A stretch of 64,000 nucleotides of DNA from contig CBFDEM010000036.1 in assembly GCA_965603825.1 (NCBI GenBank), positions 744,001-808,000 on the forward strand. Reading direction: 5' to 3'. Every line of letters begins with the position of its first letter. The stretch's first letter is position 1. The position numbers and the translations under genes were made by a program. This DNA is from Blepharisma stoltei ATCC 30299. Taxonomy: Eukaryota; Protista; Ciliophora. Below, piece after piece: positions 1-11,816 of the stretch. The notes under the pieces were generated by a model. It searched no databases, was not told the origin of the DNA, and saw nothing but the letters and a program-made list of their open reading frames with translations.

Positions 1-440
1 AAGATTTAGAGCAATATGGTTCTTACAACTTAAAGCAAGAAATCGAAAACAAAGAATCAGAAATAAGATGCTTATTGGAGGAACAAGAATATTTAAGAAA
101 GAAAATAGATGAAAAAAGCAGGGAAAACGATAAAGCGTTTTGGCAGTATCAAGATAATATAAAGCAAATACAAGAATTTTATACGAAAAATAATTGGAGT
201 TGGCAAGAAGAAATTGAAGAAATTAAGGAGAGAGAAGAAGAATTGCTGAAGAAAGAAATCGACTTAAAAGAACTTGCTTACAAGCAGAAATTAGAAAAAG
301 ATGAGCTTGAAAGAAGTGTGCAGATGCTGAATGGACTAAAATCTGGAGGAAAGCAAAGGTCATCAATTGAAATGATTTGGCTAGGGATCTTGTGTTTTGC
401 TGCTGGAATTTTCATTAATTATTACTTTCCTCAGGCTTAA
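1..440 (+). CDS. 5'-truncated coiled-coil protein with C-terminal tail-anchor TM
   Basis: Frame is open from base 3; E/K/Q-rich heptads; hydrophobic tail IWLGILCFAAGIFINYYF just before TAA. Confidence 0.8.
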   Translation, partial: DLEQYGSYNLKQEIENKESEIRCLLEEQEYLRKKIDEKSRENDKAFWQYQDNIKQIQEFYTKNNWSWQEEIEEIKEREEELLKKEIDLKELAYKQKLEKDELERSVQMLNGLKSGGKQRSSIEMIWLGILCFAAGIFINYYFPQA

Positions 441-461
441 TTTAATCTAACTTAAATCAAA

Positions 462-1523
462 TTAAATTACATATTTATATTTCTTTAACATTTTTGCCTC
501 ATACTTATCAAGTTCCAATAAATTTCGATCAATATTTCTTTTTTCTTGCTCTAATGATAATTTTATGTCATAAAGCATTTTATTTTTTATTTCTTTATTT
601 TCCCTTTTTAGTTGAGATAATAGGACTCTTTCTTCATAATCAACTCTTTGCTTCTTGTTTTTTTCAGAGTCAATTTTGTCTTTAATTAAATCAATTCGAT
701 CTTTGTAGAAATTTTTGATATTTTCAATAATTAAATCCTTTTCTTGCTTATGCGTCACCTTTATTTCTTTTCTTTTCTTTTGCCGCTCGATTTTTTGAGT
801 TTTTTCCGCTCTTAAGGTAGCTTCTTTTATTTTATGCCGAATTTTCTGTTTAAACTGATAATTAGCTACCTCTTTAGCATTTTGTATCCTCTCTATTTCT
901 TCAACCTGATTTTTTTTGGAAATAAATTCAATTTTATTCTCTCTTTTATTATTAATTTTTTTTGCTTTTTCAAGTTTATGGGATTCATATGGTGTATAAG
1001 GTCTATGCTGAATTTCTTTTTCTAGAGCATCTTGGAACTCGCATTTTTTATTTTGAAAATAATTTTGGATTTCAGCCTTATCCCTCTCAGTAAAATCTGT
1101 ACTTGCACTGCAAGAAAAAGGCAGTTTAGATGATACTAATGAATAAATCGATCTAATTGCATCATTTGAAGTGATTTGCGTTATATAAGCGATTTCATTA
1201 GTGTTGCTCGCAGATTGAAATGATGGGGACTTTGAAAAACCTTGAGAGCTTGATAATCTTGAAGATGGTGAGCAAATATCAAGCGATTTTCTGTGTTTAC
1301 TTGCCTTTGTTTTTGATCTATGAGAAGAATCTGATACTATGATAACTTCTTGATCTTTATCTTCTTCAGACTCGGTTTTGCCTTCAACTTGATCCAAAAT
1401 TTCAGCTATCTCGAACATATAGGAATCTCCTTCAGCTGATGAGCCACCAGAAGCTTCATTTATTTCTAGCTCATTAGAAGAAGGAAATACTGGTAAATTC
1501 ATGAGCGGCTTTCCCTGATCCAT
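462..1523 (-). CDS. hypothetical protein, Ser-rich N-terminus and K/E-rich coiled coil (353 aa)
   Basis: Uninterrupted ORF with ATG preceded by an A-rich context; no family recognised. Confidence 0.75.
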   Translation of the reverse strand: MDQGKPLMNLPVFPSSNELEINEASGGSSAEGDSYMFEIAEILDQVEGKTESEEDKDQEVIIVSDSSHRSKTKASKHRKSLDICSPSSRLSSSQGFSKSPSFQSASNTNEIAYITQITSNDAIRSIYSLVSSKLPFSCSASTDFTERDKAEIQNYFQNKKCEFQDALEKEIQHRPYTPYESHKLEKAKKINNKRENKIEFISKKNQVEEIERIQNAKEVANYQFKQKIRHKIKEATLRAEKTQKIERQKKRKEIKVTHKQEKDLIIENIKNFYKDRIDLIKDKIDSEKNKKQRVDYEERVLLSQLKRENKEIKNKMLYDIKLSLEQEKRNIDRNLLELDKYEAKMLKKYKYVI

Positions 1524-1599
1524 TTTAAAAGTATAATATAGCTAAAATCTTAAAATCTTTATTATTAGTAATTGAGCTTAGACAAAAATTTATATAAAA

Positions 1600-2862
1600 T
1601 TAAAATACTAAGCAGTTGCTGCAAGGATTATTTTCTAAAGGCTCTTGCTTTGCCTTTTTAGCTAATTCATTTTGTTTCATTGCTTCTTTTATATCTGAAA
1701 TTTCTTTCTGCTTAGATTCTAATTCTTTGCTATTTTTACATATTTCTTCAGTCAGCTTTTGTATTTCACTCTCACATTTTTTATTTTCTTCTATTTTGGC
1801 TTGCTCAGAATTTTTCAGCTCTAATATTTTTGCCTTGAGCTCTTTTTTCTTTGCTTTTCTTTTTTGAAGTAACTCCTGAGCTTTTTTCCCTCTTGAGTTT
1901 AATTCTTGTATCGTTGCAGTCAGTTCATTTACAATATGATTTTGTTCTTTTAAAGAGTCTTCTAGCTTAGTTCCGCTATCATTTAGCAATGCTAAGTTTT
2001 CTTTTAATCCTTTTATATTAGACACTTGGAAATCGACTTTTTCTTTCGCTTTCAATATTTCTACAGCTTTTTCTTGGTTTTGTTTTTTTATTAATTTTAC
2101 TTCTTCGTCTTTGTCTTCCTTGATTTTTTCAGCCTCTTTAGCTATTTCTTCTTTGGATTCTAATTCGATTTTTAGCTTATTTATGACTTCTTCTTTGCTC
2201 TCAATTGCTTTGGTTGCGTCTTCAATTTTTTTTTGCGCTTCAGAAATTTCATTGTTTTGGTTTTCTATTTCACTTTCTAAACTTTCTTTTATTTTTGATT
2301 TTTCTTTTATGCTTTCTTTTAATCCATTCACTTCAGATTTTTTAACTTGTTTTTCAGATTTCGCTTCATTTATTTTATTTTTCAGATCATCAAGCTGTTT
2401 TCTTAATAAATCTTCAGCTTCTTCTTGCTCAATAATTTGCCTTTCCAGTTCAGCAGCTCGCTTCTCTGCCTCTTCATGGTGATGCTTTTCTTGCATTAGC
2501 ATTTTAGCTTCTTCGTGAAGCTGCTTTTCATTATTCCCCAAAATCAGGGTTTTGGTCTGCAATTCTTGAGTCAAGATATGTGAGTCCACGCTTTCCATTT
2601 TGCTGTCAAAGCATCTATCACAGATTTTTTTCTTTTCATTAGTAACAGTATCTCTTATATGATTTTCTGAACACTTTGAGCAAACAGCTCGAAAACAAAA
2701 TGTGCAGCAAACTTTTTGAAGAGGAATTCCTATTCTATTGAATTTAGCAGTACAAACAGAGCATCTCTTTTCCTCTTTTCAAGCATCATTATTTACACTT
2801 TCTTCTGAAAATCCATTTTGTGCTTCACTTGAATTTTGAGTTTCAGTAATATTTTCATCCAT
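1600..2862 (-). CDS. FYVE-like zinc finger + long coiled coil + C-terminal CaaX (420 aa)
   Basis: Extends past the track ORF to ATG 2862 through TGA 2779-2781, giving A(W)KEEKRCSVC..CCTFCFRAVCSKC..KICDRC. Ends in CLVF-stop. Confidence 0.8.
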
Positions 2863-2944
2863 TTTATTTAACTTAAGAATTTTTCTGCGCTTTTTATTAT
2901 TCCTATCCTTATTTTATGCATTTCATGTAACATTTTATTTTATT

Positions 2945-4129
2945 ATGTCAAGATCAGGCAGAGATATTTCTTCTTCAAGTTCTGATGAGTACCCTTACAA
3001 TATTCCTATGGCAGATCTCGATGAGTATTCCCCTACAACATCGGCTGACGAATCTGTTGAAATTTCAAATTTTGACAGAAGGCTGGAAGCATATTTTGAC
3101 CAGTGTTCTGTAGCGATAACAGCTGGAAAAAACCTTAATGAGATAGATAGGATGAAGTTTCTGAAGCAGCAAAAAATATTCAATGAAGAAATGTCAAAGA
3201 AATGAGAACTCCTGAGGCATGAACAGAGAATATATGAAAATAATATAGAAAAAGCCAAATCCCAATGCTATTCTGAAGACCATATAATAGAAATTAATAT
3301 TGGAGGCACCCATAGCCTTACAGTTTCTTTGGAAACTTTAATGAGAATCCCCGACTCTGCATTAGCCAGCTTTTTTACATCTGAGGAATTATATTATCAT
3401 AATGGAAAAATTTTTATAGACAGGGATAGCGATCCTTTTATACAAATGATTAATTTTTTAAGGACAAATAGAGTTCCTATAAGGCAAAACCCTGCTGATG
3501 AAATCAGATTTAAAGAGGAATTGGAATATTGAGGAATCCCTTTCGAGCTTCCATCAAAAAATATAAGCTCTTCATTGAGATATTTTGACGCTGAATGATG
3601 TGCACCTACTTTATCATTGGAATCAAATAATACTATAATTAGAAAAATCAGCTATCAGCATGGAATTTGCTTTGGAGGTAACATGCTATGTGAATCTTGC
3701 CCTTATGTAGAAGTAAAAATTGATATAAATGAGTCATCGGCTAATGGGTCACATATTTTTATCGGTGCAGTTGATAAGTCGAAATATGAGATTTCTCAGC
3801 TGACTTCAACCCTGTGGAGAGATTCACCCTCAAGCTGATATTGAGACGTGTGGAGTAATAAATTAATAAAAACCGACGAAAATGGCCAACATTCGGTAGA
3901 AAATGGGTATGGATGTGGCTGCTGTGAAGAAATGGAAACTGTGATAGGGATTTTATACAATGCAAAACACCAAACTTTAAGCTTCTATAAAAGAGGGATT
4001 TGCCAAGGAATTGCGTTTAGAAATGTTCCAAGCGGCCTTTATCCTTCTATAGATGTATGGTTTGGTAACGGAACTGTGTCAATTCTTCAAACACAGTTGC
4101 CTTCTCAAAAGAAGTTAATGTGATTATAA
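2945..4129 (+). CDS. KCTD-type BTB/POZ (T1) + SPRY/B30.2-like protein (394 aa)
   Basis: Four track ORFs share one frame, with TGA at 3203, 3530, 3596, 3836, 3842 and 4121. BTB motifs IEINIGG, FIDRDSDPF, EELEY(W)GI; SPRY-like IGILY..LSFYKRG..GIAF..GLYPSI. Confidence 0.85.
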
Positions 4130-4141
4130 TATTTTATTAAT

Positions 4142-6079
4142 ATGGCTTTAGGAGTCCTAGATAGAGAAAGAAAAAATTGTTCGTTCAATGCAGAAGAATT
4201 CAAACCTCTTCTTTTTCATCATCTTTATCCTGGAATTGCAGAGTCCCGTAGAGATTATTTAAAAAAAATATTAGAGCAAGAGCCAGATCTATATCCCTCT
4301 CTTACTCGATACACAGAAGAAAAGCCAGCAAGATTCAACAATATGTACAAATACGGTCGAAAAACCCAAGATCTTTTTAACAGAACTGAACTGAATGATG
4401 CAGAGAAACATTATATACTAAGCAAATATAATGAGCAAAATCCTTTCATGATGCATTATCATATGTTTATTCCTGCATTAAAACTGCTCGCCAGTCAACA
4501 GCAAAAAAACAAAATATTACCTTTAGCTGAAAAATTGCAGTTTATAGGCTGCTATGCACAAACAGAGCTTGGGCATGGCCCTTATAACAGGGTTATAGAG
4601 ACTACTGCAGAATTTGACCAGCAGTCACAAGAATTTATTCTCAATACACCTACACAGCGCTCTTATAAGTGGTGGGGAGCAGGAATGGGCTTAACTGCAA
4701 CCCATACTATTATAATAGCAAGGCTAATTCTCAATAAAAAGGACTTAGGGATTCATTCATTTTTTGTGCCTATTCGGTCTATTGCTACTCATGAGCCATT
4801 ACCAGGCGTTTTTGTAAAGGATTTAGGCCCAAAAATAGGAAATACAGTCAATGACTTTGGATTTTTGAAGCTAAATAATGTTAGAATTCCAAGGCAAAAT
4901 CTACTGTCCCGGTATTCAGAAGTAAGTGAGACAGGAGATTACCATGGGATCGAGCCAAAGGACCATAAAATGATTTTTAAATTTTTAGTAGGGAGAAGAA
5001 TAATTATATCTAGAGAATGCATTTTGCCCTTGATTATGGGGCTCACTATTGCTATCAGATATTCATGTGTAAGGAAGCAATTCAGAACTTATGCAAATGA
5101 TCCAACACGAGAGAGGCCACTAATTGAATATCAAATGCAGCAAGTCAAACTATTCTCGCTATTAGCTGAAGCATATGCAATGCTTTTTGCAAGCACTCAG
5201 CTACTTTCTATATATCAAAGCTCAACTGATAACGAATTATTTGAAATTAATGCTTTATCAATGAGCTACAAAGCCTATTTCACTGAAGTTGTAGCAAGCG
5301 GTATTGAAACTTGTAGGCAAGCTTGTGGGGGTCATGGATTTTCTAATTTTTCAGGACTTCCTTTCTTATACACCACAAGCGTGATTTCAAAATCGTTTGA
5401 AGGAGAAAATGCAGTTTTACTCGCAAATTCTGCCAAAATATTAGTCCACCTTATGGAAAGAAAAGAAAATTCAGAATTCACACAAATAGCTAATGAAAAA
5501 ATTGCTAGTATTTTAATTGATGATAATATTGGAACTCCTCAGTTCCATTCAGCTTGTCTCAAAGCAATATTAAACTTATCAGCAAAAGAAGTCCAGAAAA
5601 AGCTGAAAGAGCTTAAGAACAATAATGAAAAAGATATTGAAAATAAAAAATTACAAATTGCAGCTATAAATTTGGTTAAATATTTTGGGAATTACCATAT
5701 GCATGAAGCATTTGCTATGTGAATTGAAACATTTCCAACCCAATTCAGACCTGCACTTGATGCTTTAAGACAGATTTTTGCATTAAGCAGAATCCTCAAA
5801 TCAATGTGACTGCTATTGAAAAATCAAGTAATCAGCCAAGAAACGATTGAAAATATGAGAAAAATGAGAGAAACCGCCATGAGAAGGCTCAGAAATGACG
5901 CAATTGGACTTATTGAAGCTTTTGACATCGAAGAAAGCGTCCTTCTGTCAGTTTTAGGCCGAAAAGATGGCGAAGTCTACGAAACCCTCTACAAGTTATC
6001 AAAAGACATGAACCCTATCAACACCCAGCCAATCTTCCCAGGAATCAAGCAGCTTATCAAGCCCCTCTCCAAGCTTTAA
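4142..6079 (+). CDS. ACOX: peroxisomal acyl-CoA oxidase (645 aa)
   Basis: Motifs GCYAQTELGHG, KWWG, RQACGGHG and catalytic FEGEN; TGA at 5720 and 5807 read through to a C-terminal SKL (PTS1). Confidence 0.92.
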
Positions 6080-6106
6080 TTAAAGTTCCTAAATTTATAA
6101 AATTGT

Positions 6107-6574
6107 TTATTCACTAATATCCATCTTATTTGATAACTTCAGCGTAATAGTTTCTCTCAGCGCAGGCTCATCAACCAAATGCAGATTCTTTTCCAATTCT
6201 TTATCCTGTGCTTGTTCATGTCTCCTTTGTGCTTGTTTCATTCTGTTTTCCCAGAATCTCTTTTGTCTGGCTTCCCTGACTTCAGCTATTCTTTTCATTG
6301 CTCCAACAGTTTTAACGAATAAGTCTCTGTTATACCTAACAGGAATATTCCTTCGTTTTTCGAAAGTAAAGACCTGGTCTACAGTCATTTCTTTCCCGAC
6401 AGCATTCCGATAGGCTTTGGTCCATCTGACCTTTCTAGGGTTTCGCTTCATCTTGAAGTTCTTGTGGCATTTTGACCTGCAGAACTTGAATACTTTGCAG
6501 TCGTTCCTGACAAAAGAAATCCCGTGGCCTGGATATATGTTGCTAGAACAAAAATAGCACTTTTCAATACGCAT
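6107..6574 (-). CDS. RSL24D1: ribosome biogenesis protein RLP24 (eL24-like)
   Basis: [42 protein letters not shown] signature. Confidence 0.95.
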   Translation of the reverse strand: MRIEKCYFCSSNIYPGHGISFVRNDCKVFKFCRSKCHKNFKMKRNPRKVRWTKAYRNAVGKEMTVDQVFTFEKRRNIPVRYNRDLFVKTVGAMKRIAEVREARQKRFWENRMKQAQRRHEQAQDKELEKNLHLVDEPALRETITLKLSNKMDISE

Positions 6575-7344
6575 TGGCCACTTTTATTATAAGTCCATAA
6601 ATATGAGGGATCATTAGCTTAATTAAAATTTGGCTATGAAGAAGAATTTTTATGATTCTGAAAGATAATTTAGTTATTTGTGGTAATTCGAGTGCATAGT
6701 TAGTCTAATATTAAAATGTTTGACAGATCTTCTCTTAGCAATTCTTAATCATTATTATATTATATAAGTTTGTGAAAAGATCTTTTATATTTCTCGATGG
6801 TTAAATATAATAAATATAATAAATATTGATTTAGCATAATTTATGATATTGCTAATTTTAAATATTTTGAATATAAATTGCTAAATATATATTTTACGAT
6901 TTCAATTTATCACTGGCCAAATAAAACTTTACTTTTAATGAAAATAATTTAATTAGAGTTTGATTGTCAGTAAATTTTGTATTTTCTGTCTTTTGTAATT
7001 TTTTCATATTTATATTGAGGAAAGATGAAATTAATAGCACATGAAACTTATCCAAATCTTTCATTTTTGCAATAATTGGTTTGAAGTTTATGCATCCTAA
7101 ATTTATATTCTTTGCTCAAGTATCCCATATCTATATAATATCTTATAAATTAACCTCAAAATCATAAAAATTTTAAAATATAAGATTTGAGAGCACGCCA
7201 GTACTTTAAAAATTAATTTTTTCATTCATCAAACTTCTATCTACTAGCTTGAATTTTAAAAATTCTTAATATTTTCTGCCTAATATTCAGCGTTAAATCT
7301 ATTCTCCCAAATTAATTCATCTTGATGGCTAAAAATAAAAGAAA

Positions 7345-8799
7345 ATGTTGTGCACACGTAGACTGCTAAGACAATACTGCAAAATCTTCGATAACCCTCA
7401 AGACGCAATTGCGGACATTACCCCAGGCTCCTCAATTGCAGTTGGAGGCTATCGATCCTGCGGAGTTCCTGAAAATCTTCTAAGATCAATGAGAGATTTA
7501 GGTTCATATGATCTTGGCATCTATTCTATGAGCAGCGGACAAAAGAATTTTGGGCTTGATCTCCTTCTTCAAGCCAGACAAATAAAAAGGCTCACAACTA
7601 CTTATTTGGAGCATGGTTCATTAGCTTATAATGAATGGAAAAGTGGCAGCATTGAACTTGATATTTTACCAGAAGGGACTTTAGCTGACAAAATAAGAGC
7701 TGGAGGTGCTGGGATCCCAGGATTTTATACTAAAACCGGAGTAGGCACTGGATTTGAGGAGGGTGGTTTTCCAATAAAATACATGACTGGCGGCAAACGA
7801 GTTGAAATTTTTTCAGGACCTAAAGATAAAAGAAACTTCGAAGGAGAAGACCACTTGTTTGAAGAATCAATTAGGACACAGTTTTCTTTTATTAAAGCTT
7901 GGAAAGCTGATACTCAAGGAAATTTAATTTATCATAGGACTGCCAGAAATTTCAACCCAGAAATGGCTATGTGTTCGAAAATTACGATAGCAGAAGTAGA
8001 AGAAATAGTTGAAGTGGGGCAGCTTGACCCAGACCATATTATTACTCCTTCCATTTTTGTGCATAGGCTAATTAAAGGTGAAAAATATGAAAAACCAATT
8101 GAAAATTTAGTAGAAGAAGGTGCTGAAAAATCAATTGATGACCCAGATAAGCTGAAAATAGGGCAAAGGGCTTTGAAAGAAATAAAAGAAGGAATGTACA
8201 TTCACTTAGGTATTGGAATTCCTAACAGCGTTGTCTTTAGGCTGATTCCAGATAAAACCAAGGTTAGGATTATAACTATTCCAGGCGCTCTTGGGGTTGG
8301 TGGGCATGCTTCTAAAGGCCAAGCAGACCCTGACTTAATTAACGCTTTAAGAGAAACTATCAGACTAAACCCAGGATCCTCAGTCTTTTCATCTTGTGAT
8401 TCTATGAATATCATGAGAGGTGGACACTTGGATTTAATTATGATGGGAGCTTATGAAGTATCACAAACCGGAGATATCGCTAACTGGGACCTAGAAGGTG
8501 ACAACGAAAAAGGTATAGGAGCTTCTATGGATCTTGTGTCTAGCAGAAAATCCAGACTTATTATTCTTACTACTCATACAAGAAATGGAAGACCAAAGAT
8601 AGTAGAAGAGTGCACTCTTTCGTCAATAACTGGCAAAGGAGTTGTTGACACACTTATTACAGAACTGGGGGTTTTTGAATTTAAGAGAGAAGGAGGAATG
8701 ACTTTGACAGAAATTGCGAGAGGCGTCTCAGTCGATTCAATTCAAGCAAACACAGGGTGCAAATTCAATGTAGCCTCAGATTTAAAGAAAATGGATTAA
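7345..8799 (+). CDS. succinyl-CoA:3-oxoacid CoA-transferase (SCOT/OXCT)-like, catalytic Glu apparently absent
   Basis: GTLADKIRAGGAGIP, KAWKAD, ARNFNP, LGIGIP, RGGHLD and ITELGVF present; presequence-like N-terminus; SENG motif reads TIPG. Confidence 0.88.
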   Translation: MLCTRRLLRQYCKIFDNPQDAIADITPGSSIAVGGYRSCGVPENLLRSMRDLGSYDLGIYSMSSGQKNFGLDLLLQARQIKRLTTTYLEHGSLAYNEWKSGSIELDILPEGTLADKIRAGGAGIPGFYTKTGVGTGFEEGGFPIKYMTGGKRVEIFSGPKDKRNFEGEDHLFEESIRTQFSFIKAWKADTQGNLIYHRTARNFNPEMAMCSKITIAEVEEIVEVGQLDPDHIITPSIFVHRLIKGEKYEKPIENLVEEGAEKSIDDPDKLKIGQRALKEIKEGMYIHLGIGIPNSVVFRLIPDKTKVRIITIPGALGVGGHASKGQADPDLINALRETIRLNPGSSVFSSCDSMNIMRGGHLDLIMMGAYEVSQTGDIANWDLEGDNEKGIGASMDLVSSRKSRLIILTTHTRNGRPKIVEECTLSSITGKGVVDTLITELGVFEFKREGGMTLTEIARGVSVDSIQANTGCKFNVASDLKKMD

Positions 8800-8850
8800 A
8801 CCATAAATCGTTGAAAACAATGGGCTTTTAATTCTATGCATTTTATTACA

Positions 8851-11580
8851 TTATTTAGTGTATCCTTTTAAATCACCTAAAATATTCTTCATAGATCCTC
8901 GAGGTGAAAAACGTACCAAAGTTTGAGAGGAAGAACTTGTCTGGCTTAAAAATCCTGATGTCTGGGCACGAGAATTTAGTGAATACGCACTTACTGAGTT
9001 TTTAGCAGTTTGAGGAATTCTCACTTTCATTTTATGCTGTGTCACTGGCCGAGAATTCTTCATTTCTGTTATAAAGAATCTGCTTTCTGGTCTAGGAGAA
9101 TAATAAAAATGATCCTGCAAATCCTACTTGAAAATTACAATTCTTGACCTTACTTCTTTTTCGTACTTTGTTTTAAAATTTTCTGCTTCTTCTTGGACAT
9201 TTTTTAATTCTTGCTCGAGTTTTTCTATTTTTTCTAAGCTGCAGCCTTTGGAGTCTAGCTCTGAGTTGATAGACTCTAGTTCTGCTGTCTTCTTTTGAAC
9301 ATACATTTGTAGATTTGTCCCAAGGTTTTTGAGTTCTTTATTATTGAGGGGTTTCAAAGGGCAGCTCAAAGCAGTTGAAAGATCAATTTTCTCAGTAATT
9401 AAATCTTCGAAGTTCCTAAAAGTCTGGACTTTTGGTAATTTTGGCTGAAAATTAAATGATAAAGTGCTTGTGGCGGATGATAAAAATGTAGAAGACTTGA
9501 TTGAGCGAGATTGACTAAATGAAGAGAAAGGATCTCTTAAAATGGTAGGCGTGGCTCCAATAGCTCTAAAAGTGCTGTTTAAATATTACATTGGATAATC
9601 TTCTTTTCTTGGCAATGCAAATTTATGAGTCCTGGGTATCAAAACTGGCTTAACGCCCATATTGTATTTTCCGCTTTCGATTTCGTTAATTATCATATCA
9701 AGTTTTACTGCAATTTCATACAATTGAACAGATTCTTCTTTATATTGTTTTAATGTTTCGCTATATAACCTTTACTTTATTTCTACAGAATAGGCTTTGC
9801 ATTCGCGCTCAAATTTTTTATTTTTTTCATATAATATTTTATCATAGTATTTAAATTGGTCAATTAAATTCTCAATTTTTTGTTTTTGTTGGCTTTCTAT
9901 TTCCATATATTTTTTCTTAAAAATATGCTCATCTTCGTTTCTTCCTATTTCTACCATGTCTGCTAAATTTCTTAGATCTCCTTTTGAGTTCATCATGTTT
10001 GATTTGATACTATGAAGATTGGCTGACATTTCTTCTATTGATAAATGGCTGTTAATAAGCAGCTGATCCATTTCTTCAGCTGCTATTATTTTGAAATCCG
10101 TTCGATTTTCATAAGCTTCGCTTAGATCTTCTAGCTCTTTTTTAGCCTTAATTATTTCTGCATCATACTTTTTGGTTTCTAAAGATAAAGCTTGTCTTTT
10201 GTGTTCTAATTTTTCTCTTTTAATGCCAATTAATTTCTGGCCTTCTTTGATTTTTTCTTCAAGTATTTTATTCCTATTTATTAAATTTTCCATAATTTCC
10301 GGTGCTTCTTTAAACTTTTTCGCAGTTTCATATTCTTTTGAGTTTTCAGAAGAATTCAGCAGAATTTCCATGTCTTCATCAATCCCAATAAATTTTGCTA
10401 TTTTTTTGATTTTTTCTTCATGATATTTCATTGCTGTTTCAATAGTTTTGTCAATATCCCTTATTTCTTCTCTTAGCCTTATCACTATATTATCATCGTC
10501 TTCTTGGGTTGAATTCACATGTTTTCTCATAACTTTTAGCCTTGCGTCCATTTCCACTATAGATTTGCTGAATTCAAGCATTTTATAAGCCTCATTAAAT
10601 TTAGAAGGCTCCGAGTCAATTGTGTGTAGAACAGTAACAAGCGAGTTTCCTGTCAGTCCACTTTGTAAATAGTGAGTTAATTTGCAGGTTTTATAGGAGA
10701 TTACACTCATAGGGATGCCTTGTTTGAGCATATTAAGCTTGTTAAAGACTTTTTTAATGCCTTTCAACATATTATTCGGGTCTTCTAAATCAGATTCGTC
10801 TTGAACTGAGTTGCATTCGCTTCCTGATGTGTCAACAAAGTGAAATCTTCCGTTTTTTGTTTCGAAAGTGGTGAATGCTCTTGATCTTTGGCTTACTGTC
10901 GCGCTTAAAACTGTTATACATTTATCAGAAATTGGCCCATATGCCTTTTCATAGCTTTCTCTAAGCTGAAAACCATGCCATATCACTTCTTCCACCTCTT
11001 CCAGCGAATTCACTTGAATCAACGAAATTCCTTCAATATAACTTTTCAAATTCGTCTCCTTTACTGGCAAATCTAGATCTTTATAAAATTCAAAAATTTC
11101 GTCAAATCCCCATTCTTCTCTTTTTTGATAAGCAATCCCTAAATCTCTTATTTTCCCATTATGCATTTCAAAAAAACTGACTAATATGCCAATTGTTATA
11201 TCTGTTGATAGCTTTTTAGTTTCGTCTATTAAATGCCGCATTCCTTCAATAACAATACCACCATGGTATCCAGCTTCAGTTTTTACTCCAAAGAGGCTAT
11301 AAGATTTCCCTGTATTTGGAGCCCCAATTGCGGTTATTGTGCAATTTCCTCCACAAACAACGTGGTCCATCATAGGGATTGTAAAATCACGGTTGAATTC
11401 TTTAAGATTGTTGTCATTTGTGTAGATTTTTTGAAATGGATAAGTATGCCTCAGGTTGGGCGGGGTTATTATGTTTATTTCAGTATTTGTTGGAGATATT
11501 TTGAAGAGAGAGGTGTCAGTTTTTTTATTGTTGGAATTTTTAAATCGTAAAACTAAAGAAACTCGGTTGACTCCGGCCAT
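8851..11580 (-). CDS. divergent kinesin-like protein, N-terminal motor + coiled coil (about 894 aa, 3 introns)
   Basis: GAPNTGKS P-loop, VSFFEMHNGKIRDL, FVDTSGSE, YKTCKLTHYLQSGLTGNS. Three track ORFs join in frame after removing 15-nt introns at 9761-9775, 9575-9589 and 9124-9138. Confidence 0.85.
9124..9138 (-). other. 15-nt spliceosomal intron
   Basis: GTAATTTTCAAGTAG; contains an in-frame TAG; A at position 10. Confidence 0.8.
9575..9589 (-). other. 15-nt spliceosomal intron
   Basis: GTAATATTTAAACAG; removal deletes an in-frame TAA; A at position 10. Confidence 0.85.
9761..9775 (-). other. 15-nt spliceosomal intron
   Basis: GTAAAGGTTATATAG; removal deletes an in-frame TAA; A at position 10. 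Confidence 0.85.
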
Positions 11581-11816
11581 TTAATAATTCTCAGAATTAT
11601 GTAGTAATTAATAAGTGAGTTGAAAATATAAGCTTTTTAATCGGTAATTAATTAATAGAAATAGCTTATTAATAAGAAAAAATATTTTATTAGAATAATA
11701 GCCATATCAAACAGCTCTATTTCTGATATAAATTCTTACTATGGCAAAAAAAGTTTTTTATTGAATTTCTTCACATTATTCGTTTTTATGATACGTTTAT
11801 TAAATAATCTTAAAAT

